From contig CAJVPI010000210.1 in assembly GCA_910592345.1 (NCBI GenBank), positions 1 to 42,389 of the forward strand: a stretch of DNA of 42,389 nt. Direction: 5' to 3'. Below the pieces are notes generated by a model. The model made no database searches. It was not told where the DNA came from and saw only the letters and a program-made list of their open reading frames with translations. Source of the DNA: Paraglomus brasilianum. Lineage: Eukaryota. Position numbers and translations under genes: made by a program. Below, piece after piece: positions 24,272 through 35,898 of the stretch (position 1 is the first letter of the stretch; every line of letters begins with the position of its first letter).

Positions 24272-27200
24272 CGTCTAATTTTTCAAATAACAAAGTTGGT
24301 GTTTACCAGAATAACCGAAGAATACCTGCTCTTTTATAATTTTGGGGGTATTGTTAGATTTCGGGGAACAAGATGTTTACTCGCCACGTTACACACTGCC
24401 AATAACGCCACAGTAATGTGCCACTCGCCCGAACGAAAACAATATCGAGTGTTGCACAAATAAAAGAGACGAATAGTCATTCTCGTTTCGTTGAAGCGAA
24501 AACGCTGTATCTAATAAGTTGATAAAGCCGAGGTAAGATGACAATGAGTCTATGGAGAGGCGACGGGTTCTGAGAAAGCGGGTGGTGTGTGGCTGGTGGT
24601 CTAAAATCTTAAATAAACTCAAATTTATAATTCCCTGCATGTATGGTTGTTATACCAACAACTTGGTTCATACAATTTTTGCAGAGACAATATCCACGTT
24701 CAATGAGCTGATACACTTTCGAACTCCTATCAGTTATTTGATGTTCCATTAGTGGTAAGACGAAATCAAAATGGTACGTATTTCGGAAAATTAGCACTTG
24801 GGACAGTTAAATACGTACCGTATTTTGCATTCCAGCACCAAATTAGTATGGTCAATTCAGAATAAGACTTTGGCTTACGGTACGGGTACATTTCAATACA
24901 ATGTTTCTTTTTTTGTGTTATTTTGTCGGAATCCTAATAACCCATTTCCTTACAACTGCGTTGAATAAGCCTTATTCATGTTACACACAAGTCATAGACA
25001 GAAAGTAGTGCCCAATTTTGTGGGTAGGACCACATGTGCTACGAGGGGACTATTGAAGTAATATCATGCCGCTCTAATATATCCATACATTGTCTTTTAT
25101 AAAAATGTGGTGAGTCATCGGCGCATTATACTAACAATTAATTAAATGCATGAACAAGAACCGAGTCAATAGCTGGTGTTATGTCAAATAATTCTCCGGT
25201 CTGCGACATTATAACAAGCAGAAAGAAACCCTTGGAACATCAATAGCACATACATGTGTGTCTAATAAATACCCGCAAACCTCAATAGCATATACTTAGT
25301 ACAGAGAAATAATCGCCTGCCATAGTATTGTTGACGAATATTCTTTGCTCACATCCGACCAGAAAACCTTAGCCCGATTTTCATCAACAATAAATTACTA
25401 GTATGTCAATTCTTTACTTTTTGAGAATGGGCTGGTGACTAGAAACATTCCACGGAAGCTTTCAACATGCCGTCAGACGTAGACACTCTAATTGTAAATG
25501 GCAATGAGCAACCAGATAGAGTAAGCTTGCCTTTTGGTTACCGGGGTAATGCATTGTTTACGATTTGTGCTAGATGAACACATCGAAGCATGCTTTTTCA
25601 ATGCATTTTGTTAAAATTAATTAAGTGCAGCAAAGCATTGCAAATCAACGATAATTGGACATATAAAAAGCGCAGTAGAGATCATCAGACATTCTAACGC
25701 AATCTATTGTTCCACTTCCTGCGGATGCCGGACAGTGAATTTATTCATTATTAAAAGACACTTGAGAATCTTTTCGCAAACAACTCGAGAATGGGTTAGT
25801 CGTAAGAATGTTAATATTAATCTCTATAACAACATGGGACGTAATATTGCCTGCCTGTATAACCAACTATACGAGTCATGGACTGCTCAAGTCAAGGAAA
25901 AAACTAGCGTTATTATGATAACTGATAGAACATAAGCGATGGAATCCTAAGGATTGCAAGGAGCAACAATATATCCGCCCTAACAAAGTCTTCACATTAA
26001 ACAAAATGCATTGATTGTTTATGAATTTTGTCTAACGAGCTATAAAATTTGGATGTACCGTCTTTCTTACAACCAACTCGCACATTGTAATAGTATAAAC
26101 CGTCAGCATTATGGCATGTTGTCTCATTGTCGATTAAGCTGTATCTATGACAATTTACCTTGGCGAATAAGAGTCTGTCACACCCTTACTGCGGTTAATT
26201 AATTCTATCTAGTAAGATAACTAACAAATGACTCTGGTTATAACGACAACGAAACTATATTCATAGAAAAAACACAACACAGAGAGAGAACAAGAGAAAT
26301 AGATCGGAATGAGTTAACGCCCAGCATTTAGCGTAATAGCAGTAATAAAGTGTCTGTCGTTGGACGCAGATGTCGGTTTAAATTAGCAACTCGGTTCAAT
26401 ATCAATATCATATTACAACAAACAACTTGCCCTTGTATGGAGAAGACGGTTTATGCAACTGTCGTTATAACCAGAGTCTTATGTTGTAGTAATTCATATA
26501 TTTTTGGCATGATACAAGATAATAAAAAACTCGTCGTTGTATTTGGTTCTAACGTAACAAACATCTTACGGTTTTAATTGACAGTCGAGAGTTTTCAAGG
26601 AAAAAATGTTGTGAGCAATCATACGAATTAGCAGCTGTATGTTTGACTTTAACGAGCTGAACACCAGCATAACATAGTTAATGACAAAGTGTCATGGCAG
26701 TATTTTCGGTCAATATGACTGTCAACCATCTCCTTTGGTTATCGCTATTTACTCAAATGGTTATTATAAACGTTATGAATGTGTCAGAACTTATCAGAGA
26801 TTTCAAAAGACGCAGAGACGTCCAACACTGACTGGGAAAAAAAAAGAAGTTCGCATATTAGAAAGCGGCCATTTCATGATAGTTTTTGACGTTTTGCATA
26901 AGCATTCATCTTATAAAAGGAAATGATTTGCAATCGGTGTGTTTGTTAGCGAACTCTCAATTAGATGACTGTTCATTCACACTTTATTTTATGTCCTTTA
27001 TATGTTGAACAAAGTTGCTTGCCATATGATTAATCGAATTAACTTATATTTTGTATCTCATATGCAGCTCATTAAACTAGCTAGCTTTCACGACATCCGA
27101 TTATTTGCTGATGACATACAATGATATCGATTACCCATAGGTTTACGTTTATTCAGGCATAAGTTCTTATCTACCGTCTACGTACTTGATAAGCGAGGGT

Positions 27201-28312
27201 CAATGGCAATGTTATATCCGAAGGAACACGAGGTTGTTTAATTTTTTTTACGATTCGTATGTCGTGAATTTATGGGAATCAATTCATTATTGGTTGCAGA
27301 AGTCGCAAAGTCAAAAAACAATTTTTTTTTCTCACGCCAATTCAACAACAAAGAAACACCATGTCGCTAAACCCCCAAATTGGTCCATAAAAGACGAGAC
27401 AAACGCTTTTCCGGCCTTAACAAGTTCGGTTTTCGAGAACGCCACACCATCTGAAACTGTGGCTAGTGTAAACAATACAAGTGTGGCTAGTACATTTATA
27501 GTTCAGCCACATTGAAAGTGGTGTTACAATATATCCAATCGCCGTTCGGTGGAATATTCTCTAATTAATTATGCGCCCCTTAGACCAGCCTGATTTGGTT
27601 TGAGGCGTTGTATCACCGCCACAGAAACACAGATGGGGCGAGATGATAGCTTGCTATTGGTTCCGACGAAATTCCTTTTAGAAGTTAAGGGGGGAGGAGA
27701 CCTTCGAAGTTTACAATTGATGGAAATACTCTCTAGAACAAGAAAATAAAGGGGAAAACCCAGTGACGTAGTAGTGAATACACGGTACGAACATATTTGA
27801 ATGACATTTAATATAGAATGTATTCGCATTCTACTTTCTGAATCGTATTATCATCGAACGATAAAGATTTCAAAGTTTTAAAAGTCGGACGTCATTCCGA
27901 AGTATGGATTCAATAAAGTGCTGCACGGTACGTTCTTTCAAGATTACATGTGCTCGAACATTGCTACGCATTAGCTTTAACGGTACAAATTTAGATGATC
28001 GGACCTGCACACCGGCCTATATTATGATGTCAGATTTAATGCAATTAAATATGCAGAAAAATACAAGACAATGAGGCTAGGATACACAATATAATACATA
28101 GATAATATACAAATAAGTCAATTTAATGGTGTATTTATTTTGCTGCGTAGTAGTATCGAACATCTGTGGTACAACGATGTACAACAAATAAAGACCATGG
28201 AAACCAATAAACTTGAATCCTAAACTCCGCAACAGAAAGTATAAATACGCGAATGTTGCCTTGCGAAAAATTTCGATTTCAGAAAGCGAAAATACAGCAA
28301 AAGAACTTAAAA

Positions 28313-29003
28313 ATGTCACATCAACGCAAAGATAATCGCCATCATCCATACCGTTCCCCATCAGTATCATCGACCTTATCAAATAGCAACAGAAACTACG
28401 CACGTCCAGACGGTGTTTTGCTTTTCCAAGCTGATCAAGAAACTGAGGAAGATCGCCGAATTCAAGAAAACCCCCCGTATAAATTAACACTCACCGAAGA
28501 GGCTTTATTCGCTCCCGGCAAACGTAAATCAGTCAGTAAAATCCCTCGGCCGTTGAATCGATTTTTACTGTTTAGAAGGGATTTCGAAGCTAGATATCGG
28601 GCAGAGAACCAGAATCGTCAATTAGATGCCGCTTTTTTAGCACCCATGGCGAAAGACGCATGGAAGTTGTTATCCGATGAGGGAAAGCACTATTTTATGT
28701 TGTTGCAGAAAAAAGGTGCGAGAAAACACAGAGAAAAGTATCCCGACTATAAATACGCCCCCAGGAGAACAGGCAGAAAACCCAGGAAAAATAGATTTAC
28801 TGGAAAGTACCGCGAAGCCAACTTGGAACATAGTGATACTAGCATTGTGTTATCACCGTCGCAGTCACCGGTTGACTTGTCACCGATTAACACAACTCCA
28901 ACCGATACTGTTCCCGAAACGATACCATCGACACAGTCTGTACCGGCAATATATCTAAGTATCCCATATCCTGAAAACCCAGTATCACTCCACTCACAAC
29001 AGC

Positions 29004-29034
<31 letters not shown>

Positions 29035-29371
29035 GCCAATGCAACAATCTCCACTCTCAGACTATAGCGGCTTATCGACACCACCATCGCTCTATTCTCA
29101 ACTCATCTTCTCTGACAGTGATCATTTTTCACCCGATGAATCCAACTCGTTGGTAAATTCGTTTGTTATTGACGAACAACTTTCTCTGCAGATATCTGTA
29201 CCGTATTCTTGTTCGACTAGCCCTATATCCCCGACTCAACACTTTCAACTGCCATTCCCATTCATTGACGAGCATTATGCGTTTGAATTATACGATGAAA
29301 GCGCAGCAGTACCTGATGCATACATAATGTATCCATCTGACACATCGTCTGAATATGACATACACAACTAA
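28313..29371 (+). CDS. HMG-box protein 6 (MATA-HMG-like) with poly-Gln tract
   Basis: KIPRPLNRFLLFRRDF...AKDAWKLLSDEGKHYFMLLQKKGARKHREKYPDYKYAPRR. Start placed at 28313 (AAAATGTC) because TATAAATA at 28240-28247 lies only a few bp before the upstream ATG at 28253. Confidence 0.93.
28996..29035. repeat. (CAA)n microsatellite encoding poly-Gln in HMG6
   Basis: CAA/CAG run translated as the Gln homopolymer. Confidence 0.93.
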
Positions 29372-30771
29372 TTTACAACGTAATAGTGGTATTGAACGTC
29401 GGATATTGACAATACTTTTTATTTCCATTTTAATTATACTATACATCTTTCTTTTCTTTTCTTTTCTTTTCTTTTCTTTACTTTACTTTACTTTTTGTTA
29501 TATATACACTTTATTCATTGTTTATATTTGCCTTTTTCTTTTGGAAAGTTGGACATTCGATCGTATTTTTTGGGGTATGACCTGAATATGTCAAAGAAAA
29601 TGCTAAGGACTTTTAGAATAAACGAAAGAAATAAGCAGTTACGACGAACAACGAATTAGAAAGAATTGTAGCTACATCTCGGATATTAACCATAATTTTA
29701 TAATTACTAAGATATGCTTATAAGTCTAATAAATCGTTAGAATCTCTATAGAATATGGGCCATATATGACTGTTGTAAGATTGTGTGAAACCCAATAAAA
29801 TTATAACGGAAATAGAGACAAACGCATTTGAAACATGTGGTCTTTCTGTATCCCTATTCTAAAATTCCATTTTCGTCAATGGATTGCGTGTGTGCTACTA
29901 TGATCTATCGATGTTGTACCATGTCTTTTGCATGGTTCTTTGTATTGTCTATGCCAAATTGTCTTACTTGAATAACCAAAACTGCATGAATGCAAAGTCT
30001 CGGCTGAAAAATCGACAAGATATTGTGCAACGAGAGCATTGAAAGATTAAAATCACCATTGGCTAGCAAAAATAAGTTTAAGAATACGAAAGTTTGAACA
30101 ACAACAACAACACCAAAAAAGATGTGAAATGGAGATATCTAGAGTCAAACTTGTTAATGTCGCAATGGGCAAAGTTTCTGTATGGTTGCTCATTGTCTTC
30201 TATAATTTACGCACAACGATACACAAATTTATAAGATGCAATTATCGGCGCGTTTGTTATTAAAAGTATGCTCTCAAAGCAAAAGTGCTCAATCCTTTTA
30301 ATATAAAAAGCTTTTACCTTGGGTATACAATTACTGCATTTATATTCTCTAACTCTAGAACTACTATTCCAGTAAGAATTAATAATCGACGATACCTATC
30401 AATTTATAAGAATTATCAAGTACATTTTTCGGACCCAGTCATTTGCGGAAAACTTTTAATCGGGTCTTCTTGTAACAGGTCGTTTAATTTTTTGCAGAAG
30501 ACTTGTGTTTTAAAGTTGGAACTGGACTGCCATGGAATAAAAAAACTTCTGTTCCTAACTATATATTATTCCAGTCACAATTTGTCAAATAATTAACGTT
30601 ATTTGCAAACAAATTTATCCATAATTATCAACAAATAAGCTTAATTTACCGAGCATCCTGCATTGACAAAATACTAATTTGGATGGAATTATGATAGGTC
30701 ATGAATACATAAAAAATCAAAATACAAAAAACTCCACTTAAGTCTAGTTCAAGTTGGGTTTGTTGTATCAG

Positions 30772-30830
30772 AGTTTGGGACTGTTTCAGTTCAGAACCCA
30801 GTCACTCAGAACTGAGACAGGTCCCCAACT
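30772..30830. mobile_element. Small hairpin MITE-like element; its right end also occurs at 20308-20327
   Basis: AGTTTGGGAC-TGTTTCAGTTC ... GAACTGAGACAGGTCCCCAACT form imperfect inverted ends. CAGAACTGAGACAGGTCCCC is identical at 20308-20327 and 30807-30826. Confidence 0.6.
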
Positions 30831-30862
30831 GAGGTACAACAGTTTTATCGGCATAACCCGAT

Positions 30863-30880
30863 TATAAAAGGGGTTGACTG
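30863..30880. mobile_element. Solo pogo-like right TIR
   Basis: TATAAAAGGGGTTGACTG|TA resembles the 21120-21137 TIR end (TATATCGAGGTTTGACTG|TA). No left partner was seen. Confidence 0.45.
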
Positions 30881-33457
30881 TATATAATTAACTCACAATT
30901 TTGAATCGTCAATTGCTTTCTGTCAAGTACGCACGACTGTATGCTGTTATCAACGTCACTTGCCACGTCAACTAATACTACCAACATGGCACTGTGCGTC
31001 GTCGCATTTGATCCCGACGATATGAGTCATTTATTTGATGTTATTCTCATTAAAGATACAAAGTACGCAAGAAGATCGGGCGTGGTTGTAAACATGTCTG
31101 TTTTTGGGTGAGTGGGTTTTGACATTTACAATAAGGCACTGTTTGAAATAATTAATTATGTTCTTCATATGCATGACAAACTCATTGTAATTGGCGAAAA
31201 TTATAATATGTTTATTGTAGAACCAAACTAAATAAGACCGAACAATAGCGCTGGTGACCAGAGTAAATAATTAATTCGCTTTTCGTGTTCTTTATTGCGC
31301 ACATATATTAATTGGTCTGCTTGTATTTAGTATTGCGCATGTGTATTAAAACTTTTTGCCAAAAACTTTGCTCGCTTGTTCTTGTAAATTCCGTCATAGA
31401 GACATCTGAAGGCTTCCAATTTCTTGTATGCGTACAATTGATTCGTTCAATATACCTGAATGGAGTCATTGGGAAAACGACAAGATGTCTTACTGCAAGA
31501 AATAGACAATTATTCAGAAGATTAGTAACATGTTACGAAATTATGTGTGTGCTGCTTACTAGTTTTTGGATCAATTACTCAATCTTTACTGGTTAGTCAA
31601 ATCTTTTAATACCACATACATTCTAATCGTTTCTTGAAAGAAAAGATTGGTTTAACAAAAAAATTTTTAACAATATGTTAAAAGTAACGCTGGTCTTGAT
31701 ATTAGTAAGTTTAGTGCAAGACTGTCCTGGACCAAACATTTGTTCAGTGTCTTTAGTTTGAGGCATCGAACCAAGCGGGAAATATGGCAGGAAATTGATC
31801 CAGTATACGATAGCGATACTTCAACCAAAGACGTAAGTGCATGCGATGCCATTGATTCATTTTGCTTGTATTTCAAAGTTGCTAATGATGACATAACATT
31901 AAAATTAAGACATAGAGCCAAGTTCAAAACAACCTAACGTAACATATGTAAAATAAGGTTAATGCTTCAAAAAGGCGGTTATGGGTTTGTGTTGCGGTTT
32001 TCTAACCATTAAAATGTAAAAGCAAACAAACAAACAATTAAACTTTATTATTCAATATTGTCTTGTTATCAAAAGTTAACTTTATGAATTAAATTATCAT
32101 ACCGTATACATTTCTACTAGAGTTGATGTTTGCATATAAAAATCAACATTATTAGAGAATAGCAGTGTGAACATATTTTAAATATTACCATTGAGTGAAA
32201 AGCAAAAATAAATAATATAGATAGAGCCTGCTAAAAAAAGGTTTACAATTTGCTTAAATTTTGGTTTATACTTGTTATAATAAATACAACAAGGATTCTC
32301 TACACATAATTCTCTTAAATGTCAAGACATTTGGATCAACTTTACCCTACATTATTCCCACAATTTAACATCAACTAGAGTTATTCACTAAGGAGAATAT
32401 TAATAATTGTTAGAGTCTGCCTTGTCAATAGTCCATACCTTGAGAATTTATTATCATTATATTGTTTATACACCTAAATTCTTACTAGACAATTTTAGAA
32501 GTTTTGCTGGGAGCCTGTAGTTGCAATCATTGACAAGATAATATTACAATATTTGATGTATCACGGAAAATAACATTTAACGTATAATGAGTGCAAGACG
32601 ATATCAGTTCGGAACCCAGCATTGTCGAGCCAACTACCGCGAGAGAACGCGTTTAGTAATTGCCTGGGATTTAGCTCTTTTGATCGAGGTTTGGCTAACC
32701 TCTACTCCTGCTTAAATCGCTAATACAGTTGGTGACCCTAAAACTGGCATATCTCCAATTAATCAGTCTGTATAACGCAGGTCCTCGATTGTCAATTACA
32801 CTGCTGTTACGCCTCTACCCTCTATCGATGGGATTAGTTCCATTGTCCGTAGATTACATCGGGGAATTGGTATACAAATTAAGCGCGTTTATTAGTAATA
32901 ATTAGTAATCGTATTTGCCAAAATCGAGAATTGATGGCCAAAATCGATTCTACCCAGATGTATATCGTTGTAATAAGCTCGTAATCGCACAGTTGTTGTT
33001 TACCCCTGTCACCCGTCATCCGCTAAATCCGAATGTGCAACAAAATAGGTTGTGCTACTACTGATATCGCAGTAGATAGCAAAGAGTCGTTATGGCGCGT
33101 GACACAGCTATTTTAACCTCAACGTACATATTAAGATTAAGATTAGCCGTTAGTATGACAGATTACAATTAGCACAACGTTCTACGAGATAAGCTGTATG
33201 TGCTACGTTTAATTAAATATATATTGCCGGGTATTCTCAAAGCTCCAGGTATTACCGATGGTTATGCATTACATAGTTATAAGGGTGTTTGAATTCTCAT
33301 ACGCATAGAGGGAGGTTATCCAAGCCTTTGAATATGATGATTGTACTTTCTGATTCACTTCATTATCGCGGCTTGGTACCAGGTTAAATTAAATTTTAAA
33401 AATTAAATTATTATACTTGATATTTAGCACGTTCAAACTTTCTGTAAAAAGTCGATA

Positions 33458-34010
33458 CAGTCGACCTCCCCTACAGTCATACCGTCGTCGGAATCAGGCA
33501 AAACTGGTGACTGTATGGAAATGTGACTGTATGAGGGTTTGCGTAGGTCATGTGATTAAGATAATATTATTAGAATATGCCAAATTTTATTATACTAAAG
33601 ATAATTAACTCTCGCTTTTGAAATGCCATTGATGTTAATTCTTTTCTCTTTAACTATTTCCAAAGTAAGTGACAATTTGTTATTGATGCTTTGATTGTTA
33701 ACAGTAGATACTCTATAGAAAATATGAATTTCTCATTAAACTGCTTTGGATGTTGTTTAACATATTCACAAATCTCACGTTTATTATCAAGACTCAGCTG
33801 AGGTCTTGTTTTAAATAAGCTTCTACGTGCTTGTAGAGCAACAATAATGTATCATAATTTTCAATCTTTCGGTCACTTTATGCTGAATATGGAAATATAA
33901 ACACTAAACCTTGAATGTTATACAATACTAATACTGGTGACTATAAAGGGAAAATCGGGTGACAGTGACTCACACCGTATAGGAGGTGTGACTGTATAGG
34001 ATGCTGACTG
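33458..34010. mobile_element. 553-bp non-autonomous pogo/Tc1-mariner-type element
   Basis: Left end TA|CAGTCGACCTCCCCTACAGTCATACC; right end reverse complement TA|CAGTCAGCATCCTATACAGTCACACC. Subterminal GTGACTGTA repeats at both ends. Confidence 0.8.
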
Positions 34011-34015
34011 TAGTA

Positions 34016-34130
34016 TATATGTTATATGTAAATCCCGTCACTATGTAAATACCGGATTTACATATGTAAATGCGGTTTTGGGGACCATGGACGGGATTTA
34101 CATAGTGACGGGATTTACATATGACATATA
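34016..34130. mobile_element. 115-bp foldback/MITE-like element
   Basis: 35-bp inverted arms with one mismatch (TATATGT[T/C]ATATGTAAATCCCGTCACTATGTAAAT) and an internal perfect palindrome ATTTACATATGTAAAT at 34056-34071. Confidence 0.8.
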
Positions 34131-34264
34131 CATTAACGCATGCGAGTAAATTAAAAATCGTGAAAGTTTCGATTGAATTATTATTATTATGTGGACAATA
34201 TTCATTGGTTTGTAAAAAACTTTCTCCAATAATGTCGATATTTGATTAACGGATTACCCAAGAC

Positions 34265-34429
34265 GGGTCCGGTTCATTTCATCGACAATCATTTCGCCGA
34301 CAGTACGTTTCACCGACATAAATTTCATCGAAAACCAATGATAAGTGCGATAAACAATGTGTCACGTGAAATGACAGTCGGTGAAGTGTACTGTCGATGA
34401 AATGATTGTCGATGAAATAAATGCCTCCC
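34265..34429. mobile_element. 165-bp MITE with ~50-bp TIRs and 8-bp TSD (Mutator/Merlin-like)
   Basis: GGG...ATTTCATCGACAATCATTTCGCCGACAGTAC..TTCACCGAC versus GTCGGTGAAGTGTACTGTCGATGAAATGATTGTCGATGAAAT...CCC. Direct repeat CCCAAGAC at 34257-34264 and 34430-34437. Confidence 0.88.
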
Positions 34430-35898
34430 CCCAAGACAGAGAGAAGATACCCCTGACCGTTTATCAGTGATTTCATTGGTAAGGAATTAAAAAAGATCGT
34501 AGATCTAAACAAATGCACTATTATTAATTTTAATTTCCAATCTTATAATTAGTGCTACACAAAAGTAAGCAGATCGGCTTCTCGGCACAGCTTTATATAA
34601 AACCGATCGCCAATATGTTAAAAATTACATGTCATACTCTCAAGTAACAGTACTGTGGCCGAAACCTCCCCGCATATTTAAGGTTGCAGTAATTTCAAAT
34701 TGCTGGCTGCAGATAAATTTCTTTTTACAGTATATCTCCAACCGTATCTGTTCCCTTATCAAATGACGGGTGGGACACGACAAAATTTCCGTATTTTGTA
34801 TAATGTGCGTCAATATGCCTTTATTATACTAATATACAATAATATCGAGGCAAAAAATTAAATTATTAAGTGACAAGTCGACTTTTCTGCCGACTGTTTT
34901 ATAACTACATTGAACACAGAATCAACCAAACTGGATATATTCACTTGTTTAATTATATGCCAAGACGATTTGTTGGTTGATTACATACACATAATAATTA
35001 ACAATCCAATAAAGACAAAGACAAATACACAACGAGTGTCGTTGAATCTTTCCCAAGTACAGTATATGCATAATATTATTAAGGAATGAGCTATTGGTAC
35101 AAGAATTTTCTGCGGAAGAAAAAAAATTTTTTTTGTGCCAATCTGGTTTAGACGTTCCCGTCCTTCTCTTTCGGTTTGTCGTTATATAAAATTGCTTGTA
35201 ATGATGACGTCGTTGGTATTGCTAATATTGTACTAGTGATATGCTTTGGCTGTATACAAAACATTTCAAACTGTCAAAGTGGTCAAGTCACAAATGTTTC
35301 ATGTATGCATTGTAATTACTTTATGCTTGTCAGCCGTACACATTTTTAACAGTAGAATCTCTCTTTACCCGTTGCGTGATAAATGGTAAGATTTCATGCA
35401 TCTGCGCTTGGTAAATACATACTCCATGAATATACGAACAAGATTGAAAAGACTCGTTATATTACAACAACAAACTGGGGATCCTCAATCATTTTATTGA
35501 GTTTTAAAATGGTTTCTTTAGCTTATTTAGACGACATTCTTCAGAATTACGACATTTCTTAATGTCAAACTTAGATACTCAACATTCATGTTACCATATG
35601 CCATAGAATCAAAACTAATCTGTACACAGTCTACAGGACAATAGACAGTGCCAGGTGAAAAGAAGATGAACTTATGATTGACGAAGTAATAAATCTTATA
35701 AATTGAATAAAGAAAGCAAAGAACAGACAAGTAACTCTGCCATTGATCGTTACTAGAGGGTAGAGGGTAGAAAGGGGAATGGAATAGGAAATAAAGGATG
35801 TGCAGAAAAAAATTGTGTACAAGAAGAGAAAATTAAAGGGAGAATATAAAAAATAATAGGAGATAGATTATGAAAATAAAATCAGCAATCGAATGGCT

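Noticed and set aside
24272..28252. AACAAT/ACAAAG HMG-type sites and short ORFs in the HMG5/HMG6 divergent gap
   Set aside because: The hexamers are too frequent in AT-rich DNA to call, and the ORFs have no coding signature. No eighth HMG relic was found by eye.
28253..28312. Longer N-terminus of HMG6 from ATG 28253
   Set aside because: The TATA-like box ends only ~5 bp upstream and ATG 28313 has a better start context; not excluded without transcript data.
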